Shown here: in pieces, positions 24,679-32,000 of the stretch
How positions within the stretch are numbered: the first letter of the stretch is position 1
Layout: the number at the start of each line of letters is the position of its first letter
From: Candidatus Iainarchaeum sp.
GTDB taxonomy: Archaea; Iainarchaeota; Iainarchaeia; Iainarchaeales; CSSED10-239
Reading direction: 5' to 3'
Length of the DNA stretch: 32,000 nucleotides
Assembly (NCBI GenBank): GCA_037441475.1
Contig: JBBISB010000001.1
Location: forward strand, 607,465 to 639,464
Notes under the pieces: generated by a model
What the model saw: the letters and a program-made list of their open reading frames with translations, nothing else
Databases searched by the model: none
What the model was told of the DNA's origin: nothing
Program-made: the position numbers and the translations under genes

Positions 24679-25296
24679 ATGAACCAAACAAAAATAATTA
24701 TTTTTTCACTATCAGCTATTTTAGTAATCTTAATAGTTGTTATTCTAGTTTCAATGCAAGGTAGTACAAATGAAACTAAAAAAGAGAGGTATCCTACAAT
24801 GATAGTTATAGAAACATCCTTAGGTAATATAGAGGTTGAGCTTTTTGATAAGAATGCTCCAATCTCAGTTGCAAACTTTAAAAAATATGTTGAGTCTAAT
24901 TTCTATGATGAAACAGTTTTCCACAGAGTCATTAAAAACTTCATGGTACAAGGTGGTGGCTTTACAGAAGACGGAACTGATAAGAAAACAAATGCCCCAA
25001 TTGTCTTAGAGCAAACAAACATAACTGGTTTAAGTAATGTTAAGGGAACTTTAGCTATGGCAAGAACAATGGACCCTGATTCAGCGACATCTCAATTTTT
25101 TATAAACACTCAAGATAATCTTTTCTTAGATTATTCTAATGAAAGAAACCCTGGCTATGCTGTTTTTGGAAAAGTAGTTTCAGGTATGGATATTGTCCTT
25201 AAGATTGAAGGTGTAGAAACAACCACAAAGCACGGTTACTATCAAGACTGGCCTGTAGAAGACATTATTATAAAAAGAATATACATTAAAGAGTAG
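24679..25296 (+). CDS. Cyclophilin-type peptidyl-prolyl cis-trans isomerase, N-terminally membrane-anchored or secreted
   Basis: It contains [36 protein letters not shown] and the N-terminal hydrophobic segment [19 protein letters not shown]. Confidence 0.93.
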   Translation: MNQTKIIIFSLSAILVILIVVILVSMQGSTNETKKERYPTMIVIETSLGNIEVELFDKNAPISVANFKKYVESNFYDETVFHRVIKNFMVQGGGFTEDGTDKKTNAPIVLEQTNITGLSNVKGTLAMARTMDPDSATSQFFINTQDNLFLDYSNERNPGYAVFGKVVSGMDIVLKIEGVETTTKHGYYQDWPVEDIIIKRIYIKE

Positions 25297-25304
25297 TTTT
25301 TTAT

Positions 25305-25493
25305 ATGGAGTGCAAGAAAAATATAAATCTAGTTAATTGCTCTTGCACATATCCATGTAAAAGAAAAGGAATCTGCTGTGAGTGTATAAAACACCATAGA
25401 GAAAAAGGAGAGCTTCCTGCTTGTTATTTTCCAAAAGATGCAGAAAAAAAATATGATAGATCTATAGAGCATTTCTTAAGTCTTAAAAAATAA
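25305..25493 (+). CDS. Small Cys-rich protein, probably metal-binding
   Basis: The 62-aa ORF has the motif [29 protein letters not shown] (7 Cys and 2 His in 30 aa). It starts 8 nt after the cyclophilin stop. It resembles a small uncharacterised Cys-rich family, but I cannot name the family with certainty. Confidence 0.55.
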   Translation: MECKKNINLVNCSCTYPCKRKGICCECIKHHREKGELPACYFPKDAEKKYDRSIEHFLSLKK

Positions 25494-25495
25494 AT

Positions 25496-26095
25496 TTATT
25501 TCTTTTGCCCTAATATCAAAACATGCTTCTTTTCAAAAGGATCAAGTCTTTTCTGGTTTATAAGGTTAAACTTTCTTCTAAACAATGTCAATTGATCCTC
25601 AGTTGTCTTCTTATGATCTTTTTGAGAAATAGCAGATAACTTAAGGCTCAAAAGAACAAATCCTTTTTCCTTTAAAAAAAAATCTGCATTCTTAATCAAT
25701 ATCTCAACTTGGTTTTTCTGTGCAATATCCTGTATTATCCAATCAAATTTTTCTTTTAGTAAATCTTGATATTCTTCAACTTTATTACAATTCCCTAAGA
25801 CAGGTATAAGGTTTTCTCTTTTAAAAGAAGCAAGTAATAGTTTCTGCATACTGTATGCTGAAATATCAACTCCATAAACCTTTCCCTTAGGTAAAATATC
25901 TGATATAAAGGAGATTGTGTAACCTTCAGCAGCTCCAAGATAAAGCACTTTATCAGTTTCCTTAATATCAGGAACTATTCCTTTCTTAATACCAGCAGCA
26001 ACTTTTGATCTAGTAGGGTCCCATTCCCTAAGCTTACCAGTTGTACAATCTTTTGTTTTAATATCTTTACCAGTATATATTATTCCCTTATTCAT
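25496..26095 (-). CDS. flpA: Fibrillarin (C/D-box sRNP rRNA/tRNA 2'-O-methyltransferase)
   Basis: REWDPTRSKVAAGIKKG and KVLYLGAAEGYTISFISDI (the SAM-binding motif) are present, with FEKKHVLILG at the C-terminus. The start overlaps the nop5 stop (ATGA). Confidence 0.9.
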   Translation of the reverse strand: MNKGIIYTGKDIKTKDCTTGKLREWDPTRSKVAAGIKKGIVPDIKETDKVLYLGAAEGYTISFISDILPKGKVYGVDISAYSMQKLLLASFKRENLIPVLGNCNKVEEYQDLLKEKFDWIIQDIAQKNQVEILIKNADFFLKEKGFVLLSLKLSAISQKDHKKTTEDQLTLFRRKFNLINQKRLDPFEKKHVLILGQKK

Positions 26096-26853
26096 TTCAG
26101 TTCACTAATTTTAAGTTTAATTTTTTCCATAATCTCTTTAGAGATGTCTTTGCCTTCAAGATCAGCCTTAACACCAAGTGAGATTTTTGAGGCTATGGTT
26201 CTTGCCATTCTTGCCTTGTTTTTATAAGATAAATTAATTATTAATGGATGGTTATAAAGTATACCATACTTAGGTGTCTTTTTATTAAACTTAATGGCCT
26301 TGAAAAAAGATTTCTCTGAACCAAGAAGTTGAATGGTTGATGCAGGGTATCTTGCAAGTCTTTCAAAGGAACCTGAAAGTTCAATCATCTTACATGCTAT
26401 TGAGGGTGAGGCTATGGTATAAAGGTTTACATAGTGTTTCTTTATTAAAAGATTAATTTCATTATCAATCTTTTCCTTAGTTTCAATAAGTCCTAAAATA
26501 TTCTTTGCAAGGGTTGTAGTTATTTCCTTAACATCTTCTTTAAGGATAATTCCAATATCATAATCTAAAATTTCACAAACTTCTTTTATCTTTTCTTCAC
26601 TTATGTTTAATTTCTTTAAGCTTTCTTTATCTTTGTTTACAAGAAGATAAAACAAACAATATTCCTTTATGTTTAAGGTTTGATCAACTGAAGGGTATTC
26701 TTGATCTGTTATTATCTTTAAAAGTTCAGTTAATTCATTTATCTTAAACTGAAGTTTTTCAACAATTAAAGATAGATTGATTATCTTTTGATCTGCTCTT
26801 TCAAGTTTTTCTTTAACTTTTTGTTTGGTTATCTTAATTATTTCTTGCTTCAT
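26092..26853 (-). CDS. nop5: Nop5 (Nop56/58 homologue), short form with coiled-coil and NOP domains only
   Basis: The NOP-domain motifs are YPASTIQLLGSEKSFFKAIKFNKKTPKYGILYNHPLI and KARMARTIASKISLGVKAD. The N-terminus ITKQKVKEKLERADQKIINL...DQEYPSV aligns to the linker/coiled-coil start (the ...hFPEL region) of canonical Nop5. Confidence 0.85.
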   Translation of the reverse strand: MKQEIIKITKQKVKEKLERADQKIINLSLIVEKLQFKINELTELLKIITDQEYPSVDQTLNIKEYCLFYLLVNKDKESLKKLNISEEKIKEVCEILDYDIGIILKEDVKEITTTLAKNILGLIETKEKIDNEINLLIKKHYVNLYTIASPSIACKMIELSGSFERLARYPASTIQLLGSEKSFFKAIKFNKKTPKYGILYNHPLIINLSYKNKARMARTIASKISLGVKADLEGKDISKEIMEKIKLKISELK

Positions 26854-26927
26854 ATCTTTTCAAAAATAAATATATTTATATTGGTATAATACTATATAAT
26901 ATAACAACAAATGTATTTTAAAAGTGA

Positions 26928-27518
26928 ATGTCTATGAATAAACTAATTAAATCTTTATATCTCTCAATAATCTTTTCTGGAATAATCTATATTATTCTAC
27001 ATTACTTTTCTCTACTATTTATAGATGCTCTCTTATTGTTTGTTCTTTTAGTAGTTTTCTTATTTTTAGTGTTCTTTTCATACTTTAAGATAACCTCTCC
27101 TAAATACTCAAAAAAAGAAGTTATTGAAAAATACAATCTTCCTGTAGAAAAGGAAGCTATTTTAAATACAGCTCCAAAGTATACAAGAGAAGAGATTATT
27201 GCAAAGTATACTCTCCCTGTTTCTAATCAAGAGAGTGTACCTTCTCAAACAAAGGAAGTTATTATAAAAAACGAAGTGGTTGTTGAAAATATAGAAGAAC
27301 CAGTTATTGTTCCTTCAAAAGAAATTTTAATAATTGAAAAGTCAGTTTCTAAAAAACCAAAGGACATACCTAAACAAAACTTAAGTTATAGAAATTATGC
27401 ACAGGTCTTTAGATCTATTAACCAAAGCATACATGAAGATAAAAAAGTATCCTCCTCTGATTCTGAAATTTTAACACCTTCTAAAAAAGAGGTTTTAGAA
27501 GAAGATAATTTAAAATAA
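26928..27518 (+). CDS. Membrane protein with two N-terminal TM helices and a repeat-containing, low-complexity tail
   Basis: The TM segments are LYLSIIFSGIIYIILHYF and ALLLFVLLVVFLFLVFFSYF. They are followed by a tandem 17-aa repeat (SPKYSKKEVIEKYNLPV / APKYTREEIIAKYTLPV) and a K/E/S/V-rich tail. Confidence 0.55.
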   Translation: MSMNKLIKSLYLSIIFSGIIYIILHYFSLLFIDALLLFVLLVVFLFLVFFSYFKITSPKYSKKEVIEKYNLPVEKEAILNTAPKYTREEIIAKYTLPVSNQESVPSQTKEVIIKNEVVVENIEEPVIVPSKEILIIEKSVSKKPKDIPKQNLSYRNYAQVFRSINQSIHEDKKVSSSDSEILTPSKKEVLEEDNLK

Positions 27519-27531
27519 TTAATGACTTAAT

Positions 27532-29137
27532 ATGCAAGTTACAGAACAGCAAAACATAAAAACAAAAAATATCTATGTTCTTCCAATTGTTCCTGCTATT
27601 GATCTTCTTTACTCTGTAGAGAAAGATGTTTTTTCTTCTTTTACAAACACAAAAAAAAACAAATCTCTATCTTCACTAATCTCTTAATCTCTTTTCTTAA
27701 AAAAGATTCTTCTAAGATAATCCTACATGGTTCTGGAACAAGCGGTAGGTTTGCGATCTTGATTGCAAATGAGTATAATAAGTTATTTTCCACAAATAAG
27801 ATATATGGCTTAATCTCAGGTGGTTCTTCCGCTTCATTAAATCAAAGGAAGGTTCAGAGGATAATGTTTTAGAAAATATAAGCTCTCTTGAAAAAGAAAT
27901 AAAAGATACAAAAGAGATTCTTTATTTAGGCATCTCCTGTTCAGGAACCTCAAGTGGGGTTTTAGGGTCCTTACATTTCCTTAAATCTTTTAAAAATAAA
28001 AATATTAAATCTGGTTTATTCTTTTTAAACAAGATTTCTTCAATTCCTAAATCAAAGATTTTAAGCTATTATAGCGTCCCTGCTTATAAAATAATTAAAG
28101 AAACTGATTTTATAATAAACCCAATTGTAGGCCATGAAGCAATTTCAGGGTCAACAAGGCTTAAAGGCGGAAGCATTACACAGATGGTAGATATTTCGTT
28201 CTATATCGCAGCAGTAAAGTTAGGGTATATTAAAGATGAAAATAAATACTCTGTAGATAGGATGATTTCCTCTCTTTTAAAAAATTATTCTAAAAATTAT
28301 TTTTCTTTAAGAAAAGATATTTCAAAGCTTGAACCAATAATTGTTTATGCAAAAAACTCTTTTAAAAGTAATTCCAACATCTATTACATCTCTGATAGAA
28401 AAACAGCTCCTCTATCTTTAATAGATGCCTCAGAGTGCCTTCCTACCTTTGGTGTGGATTTTAAAACTGTAAGGGGCTTGACAGTGGAGGGTGGGTATAA
28501 CAGTATATTTACAAAAAATCAAATTAAACTTATAGGTAATAATTTTATTAAAAAACATCCTCTTTCAGTTGATGTTAAAAACATTTAAAAAAAAGACACC
28601 CTTATTTTTATTTTTTATAAAGAGCCTTCAAAAAAAATGTTATCTTTAATAAATAGTTTTTCATCTAAAAATATTTTTGTAATATCCATTAACTCTAATA
28701 TAAAAATTAAAAATAACATTCCAATATTCATTAATGAACAAAATAATTTTGGTTTTGTAAAAACAGCCTTAAAATATATCCTAAACATAATAACAACTCA
28801 AACCTTCATCTACTCTGGAAAGACCTGGGGAAACTTAATGATTGACTTAAAGCTTTCAAACAACAAGTTAATAGAGAGAGCTATTTATAGAATCATATTA
28901 CCAATAGTAAGTAGCTATAGAGAGGTTTCAAGAGAGGAGATCATTCTTCATTTAAACAATAACACCTCTTTTTTTTTTAAAAAGTCTTTTCCAAAAGACA
29001 AGCTTCTTGACTAAAAGGTTTATTTTAAAGTAGATTATCTTGTCTCAATAACAATCTTAACTCTTCTTAAAAATAGTTATGCAGATGCCTATAAAAAAAT
29101 AAAACTTAAAAGACCTTTAAAGTCTTTTATAGAGTAG
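27532..29137 (+). pseudogene. Decayed tandem-SIS GCKR / MurQ-like (N-acetylmuramate-6-phosphate etherase family) gene
   Basis: Five open segments reconstruct one protein of about 535 aa. SIS-1 reads MQVTEQQNIKT..., ILHGSGTSGRFAILIANEYNKLF...GLISGGSSA, SKEGSEDNVLEN...LYLGISCSGTSSGV...HEAISGSTRLKGGSITQM. SIS-2 reads IYYISDRKTAPLSLIDASECLPTFGV, DTLIFI...KNIFVISINSN, KTALKYILNIITTQTFIYSGKTWGNLMIDLKLSNNKLIERAIYRI, followed by a helical tail. The lesions are a frameshift at the A9 run 27651-27659, a frameshift near 27825-27845, and in-frame TAA codons at 28586-28588 and 29012-29014. Confidence 0.75.
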
Positions 29138-29159
29138 ATGTTTTTTTAAAAAAGAAAAA

Positions 29160-29423
29160 CTATTTAACATCAACTTTTTGTGAGATTGCTGTTCCAGGAA
29201 GTCCTTTTTCAAAGATAACTCTTACAGCACCCTTGTTTCCATGAGATGAAACAATAGTTCCAGTAATTGTTTTTCCAGATCCTGTCTTATAAATAGCTTT
29301 TTTACCTAAAAGAGGAGAAACTGTTTTTTTATCCATATATTTATCATCATCAACTTTTAAGATATATTGGTTATTGTACTGTGTTCTAACTCCTCTTCTG
29401 TTACTTAATATTGTTGCTTGCAT
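29160..29423 (-). CDS. rpl35ae: 50S ribosomal protein L35Ae (eL33)
   Basis: The 87-aa ORF contains RGVRTQYNNQYILKV and GTIVSSHGNKGAVRVIFEKGLPGTAISQKVDV, which match the eL33 pattern. AGGTGA precedes the ATG. Confidence 0.88.
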   Translation of the reverse strand: MQATILSNRRGVRTQYNNQYILKVDDDKYMDKKTVSPLLGKKAIYKTGSGKTITGTIVSSHGNKGAVRVIFEKGLPGTAISQKVDVK

Positions 29424-29565
29424 AATTAATTCACCTTTTTTTAAATATATTATATATAATATCTATATATATTAAAAAACAAAACTCTTTTTAAATAGTT
29501 ATTTTTATTACTTACCTTCCCCCTTTTTAAATAAAACCATATATTATATATATTAGTGATTAAAA

Positions 29566-30255
29566 ATGTCAGAAAAGTATAGAAGTGGGGTTGATGAAGC
29601 CGGTAGAGGGTGTGTTTTAGGCCCACTAGTAATAGCCATCTGTACTTTAAATAAAGAGCAAGAGGATTATTTTAAACAACTAGGTGTAAAAGACTCAAAG
29701 CTTTTATCAAAACCAAAGAGAGAGGAGTTTTTTGAAATTATTAAAGAAAAATCCACAGAGTATAAGATAATGATAATTCCAGCAGAGGAGTTAAATGTCT
29801 TAATGAATAGATACTCCTTAAATGAGATTGAAGCTCAAAAAACAGCAGAGCTTGCAAAAAACTTAAAAGTCATTCCTGAAAAGTTAGTCCTTGATTGCCC
29901 AGATACACAGACAGATAAATATAAAAAAAGAATGATGTCTAATTTCTATACACTTGACTTTAAATATGCCTTTGAGATTGTTTCAGAGCATAAAGCAGAC
30001 TTAAACCATGTTTCTGTTTCTTGTGCCTCTGTTTTAGCAAAGGTTGTAAGGGATCAAATGATCTCCCAGCTAACAGGAACTGATATATCAGGTTATTCTT
30101 CAGATCCTAGTACAATAGATTTTTTAAAAAAATATATTTTAGAACATAAAAAAATACCTCCCTATGCAAGAGACAAATGGGAGACAATAACAAAGGTAAT
30201 GAATGAACTTTATCAAAATAAAATAGGGTGGTTTAATGACAAACAATCTAGATGA
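29566..30255 (+). CDS. rnhB: Ribonuclease HII
   Basis: It contains GVDEAGRGCVLGPLVIA, VKDSKLLS, LDCPD and SCASVLAKVVRD (the DEDD catalytic contexts). Length is 229 aa. Confidence 0.93.
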   Translation: MSEKYRSGVDEAGRGCVLGPLVIAICTLNKEQEDYFKQLGVKDSKLLSKPKREEFFEIIKEKSTEYKIMIIPAEELNVLMNRYSLNEIEAQKTAELAKNLKVIPEKLVLDCPDTQTDKYKKRMMSNFYTLDFKYAFEIVSEHKADLNHVSVSCASVLAKVVRDQMISQLTGTDISGYSSDPSTIDFLKKYILEHKKIPPYARDKWETITKVMNELYQNKIGWFNDKQSR

Positions 30256-30616
30256 AATTGACAGAGCAATAAAGCAGATGATCTTAGATTTCGCTCGTAA
30301 GAATAAACCAGATAAGTCAGAGCCCATTAATCTTAATATCCAGTTTAATAGAAACAAAGAGGACTTTGAGATGTGTGATGACATTGATAGCTTTGTTTTT
30401 GATAAAGAGAACATCTACTTAACAATGTACACTCCTCACAACTTAAACAAAATAAGGTTTGATGTTGATAATGATAGAAACATCTTAATGATAAGAAGTC
30501 ATGATTTTTCTTTCTATAAAGAAGTATGGCTTGGTTTTAAGGTTGTAAAGGAAAGTGTAGTTTCAAGTTATAAAAACAACATCTTAGAGATTAAACTCTC
30601 TATTGAACAGATATAA
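30236..30616 (+). CDS. Possible Hsp20/alpha-crystallin-domain small heat-shock protein (divergent)
   Basis: The 126-aa ORF contains FDKENIYLTMYTPHNLNKIRFDVDNDRNILMIRSHDFSFYKEVWLGFKVVKESVVSSYKNNILEIKL. This follows the ACD pattern (D-x-E ... L-P ... L-x-I ... L-P-x-x-V ... A-x-Y-x-N-G-(I/V)-L-x-I) loosely. It overlaps the rnhB end by 20 nt. Confidence 0.45.
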   Translation: MTNNLDEIDRAIKQMILDFARKNKPDKSEPINLNIQFNRNKEDFEMCDDIDSFVFDKENIYLTMYTPHNLNKIRFDVDNDRNILMIRSHDFSFYKEVWLGFKVVKESVVSSYKNNILEIKLSIEQI

Positions 30617-31676
30617 GTTTTTTAAAGAATAAATCTGTTTTCTTAATAACGAACTTCTTATATTTTTTTGTATCAGGAGAGTATGCTTTTCTCATATCTT
30701 TTCTAATTTTTTTAAGTTTTTCAAAAGGTCCATACTGTGTCACTTGATTTTCCTTTATTAAAAGATAGCTTAAGTAGTTTAAGGAAAGAACTGTTGAGTA
30801 TTTGTTAACAGTTCCATACTCTAAGGTAAAGTGAATGTTTTCTTTTCCCTTTGAGTTATTAAAAAAACAATTTTCCATTCCACCTATATGGTCTGTTCCT
30901 TTTTTTTTTGTACTCTCTGTATTCTTTATTTTTAATCTTTTAACAAATGGTTTTATTTCTTTTGAGTTTAATTTATTTGCAGTAAAAACATCTAAGTTAT
31001 ACTTCTTTGCAGCCCCTGTATGGATGTCTATAAAAACAACTCTCTTGTAACCTGTAGTTATTTTTTTTAATTCTTTTTCTAAAGCCAAGATAGATTTTTC
31101 TTTTTTAAAACCTGCAAAGCAAACTCCTTTAGGATATTTATTTTGTCCTCTTCCTAAAACAGTAATTGTTTTGGAAATCCCATGCTTTTCAATAAGCTTT
31201 ACAACTCTTGTATAGTAGTTTAGTTTTGAAAGTTTTTCATTAACAAGAGGTTTTTTCATATCAAAAAGATTTTCTTCTTTAAAAAGGCGATTTCTTTCAA
31301 AGAAGTTATTAACTTCACTAAAGTCAAGATTGTTGTTTCTATTAAGATCAACATTATTTTCATTATATCTTCTATTATTCTTAAAGCCATAAGGGTTAAG
31401 AGCATGCACTAGAAGAGCACTATACTTTTCTTTTATTTTTTCAAAGTATTTTTCTAAAAAGAAAAGTTGTACAGCACTTCCAGTATACCCCTCCACCCCA
31501 TGTGTTGCAGAGACAAGCACCAGTAATGTTTCTTTCTTCTTTGTTTCATGCAAGGCAAAGTCTATGGTTAAGTCATCAATTATATTTACTTTACTTTTTT
31601 TTAATTTTTTTGTATCTTCTAAAAATTTCTTTCTTGCAGAAAAGTAGTCTTTAGAAAAATATTTTTCATAAATCAT
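30600..31676 (-). CDS. M14-like zinc carboxypeptidase-fold protein (succinylglutamate desuccinylase/aspartoacylase-related, DUF2817-like)
   Basis: LLVLVSATHGVEGYTGSAVQ and LVHALNPYGFKNNRRYNENNVDLNRN match the H-x-x-E zinc site and the NP-x-G...R-x-N-E-N-x-V-D-L-N-R-N signature of this family, as far as I recall them. Confidence 0.65.
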   Translation of the reverse strand: MIYEKYFSKDYFSARKKFLEDTKKLKKSKVNIIDDLTIDFALHETKKKETLLVLVSATHGVEGYTGSAVQLFFLEKYFEKIKEKYSALLVHALNPYGFKNNRRYNENNVDLNRNNNLDFSEVNNFFERNRLFKEENLFDMKKPLVNEKLSKLNYYTRVVKLIEKHGISKTITVLGRGQNKYPKGVCFAGFKKEKSILALEKELKKITTGYKRVVFIDIHTGAAKKYNLDVFTANKLNSKEIKPFVKRLKIKNTESTKKKGTDHIGGMENCFFNNSKGKENIHFTLEYGTVNKYSTVLSLNYLSYLLIKENQVTQYGPFEKLKKIRKDMRKAYSPDTKKYKKFVIKKTDLFFKKLISVQ

Positions 31677-31678
31677 AA

Positions 31679-32000
31679 TTATTCATAACTCTTTTCTATC
31701 TTGAAATTATCTCTAAACTTATGGTCAGGATGTATATTTATTGGTTTTGGGTTTCCTGAACCAACCACTCTTTTCTGATTAAACAAATCATAGCTTCCTT
31801 TCTCTAAGATAGAAACAATAGGAGGATCCATTCTTCCAAACTCCTCTCTCATTTGTTTATAGTCATTAATTATTTCTTTAAGGTTTAAGTCTAGTTTGTT
31901 TTTAAAATCAATAATTTTTTTATCATCTTCTTTTTCTAAAACATCTAATAATATTTCATATCTTGGTTTTTTAGAAAGATCTACAAGGTATGGAAGTAAT
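31679..32000 (-). CDS. 3' end of a gene of unknown function (partial; the start lies right of the window)
   Basis: The minus-strand frame is open from the window edge to TAA (31679-31681). The translation is ...LLPYLVDLSKKPRYEILLDVLEKEDDKKIIDFKNKLDLNLKEIINDYKQMREEFGRMDPPIVSILEKGSYDLFNQKRVVGSGNPKPINIHPDHKFRDNFKIEKSYE. I do not recognise the family. Confidence 0.5.
   Translation of the reverse strand, partial: LLPYLVDLSKKPRYEILLDVLEKEDDKKIIDFKNKLDLNLKEIINDYKQMREEFGRMDPPIVSILEKGSYDLFNQKRVVGSGNPKPINIHPDHKFRDNFKIEKSYE

Noticed and set aside
28586-29014. The two in-frame TAA codons in the GCKR/MurQ-like gene could be programmed readthrough or stop-codon reassignment
   Set aside because: TAA clearly terminates many intact genes in this window, including polB, ftsZ, secE, spt5 and rpl11. 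The same gene also carries two frameshifts. Decay is the simpler explanation.
1-32000. Search of the whole window for CRISPR arrays, DGR template/variable repeats with a reverse transcriptase, IS elements, integrases, toxin-antitoxin pairs, and C/D-box sRNAs in intergenic DNA
   Set aside because: I found no spaced direct-repeat array, no reverse transcriptase, transposase or integrase-like ORF, and no long DNA repeats by eye. TGATGA...CTGA box combinations occur only inside coding regions, not in the short intergenic gaps. By-eye repeat detection is limited, so this negative result is only moderately reliable.

Overview
This is a strongly AT-rich, very gene-dense stretch of archaeal chromosome in which many gene ends overlap or abut. 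The housekeeping genes are clearly archaeal. They include family-B DNA polymerase, FtsZ followed by the secE-spt5-rpl11 block, Sec61beta, fibrillarin with Nop5, Pus10, L35Ae, RNase HII, archaeal/eukaryal-type GlyRS, Ogg-type N-glycosylase, type-2 MetAP and one tRNA-Leu(UAG). Many proteins are shorter than their canonical homologues. Together with the base composition and compactness, this suggests a reduced-genome, DPANN-like archaeon, which is an inference and not a proven assignment.

The middle of the window (about 6.0-19.8 kb) is a cell-envelope island made almost entirely of secreted or membrane-anchored proteins I cannot place in any family. Its best candidate for an undescribed system is a minus-strand cluster at 9756-15848. 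That cluster has a FlaI/PilB-family secretion ATPase, a small coiled-coil protein, two small pilin-like proteins and two large N-terminally anchored proteins. No platform protein (FlaJ/PilC/TadC) or prepilin peptidase is encoded nearby.

A second candidate is an abutting gene pair at 17475-19784: a cytoplasmic coiled-coil protein and a single-pass protein with several beta-sandwich-like ectodomain modules.

Other notable points:
- A Sec61beta gene too short for the ORF track.
- A Nop5 that appears to lack its fibrillarin-binding N-terminal domain.
- Two decayed genes: a tandem-SIS GCKR/MurQ-like gene with two frameshifts and two in-frame TAA codons, and a small membrane-protein gene with two frameshifts.

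I found no CRISPR array, rRNA, transposase, integrase or reverse transcriptase. All calls come from reading the sequence and translations by eye. Small-feature coordinates were counted by hand, and no searches were run.
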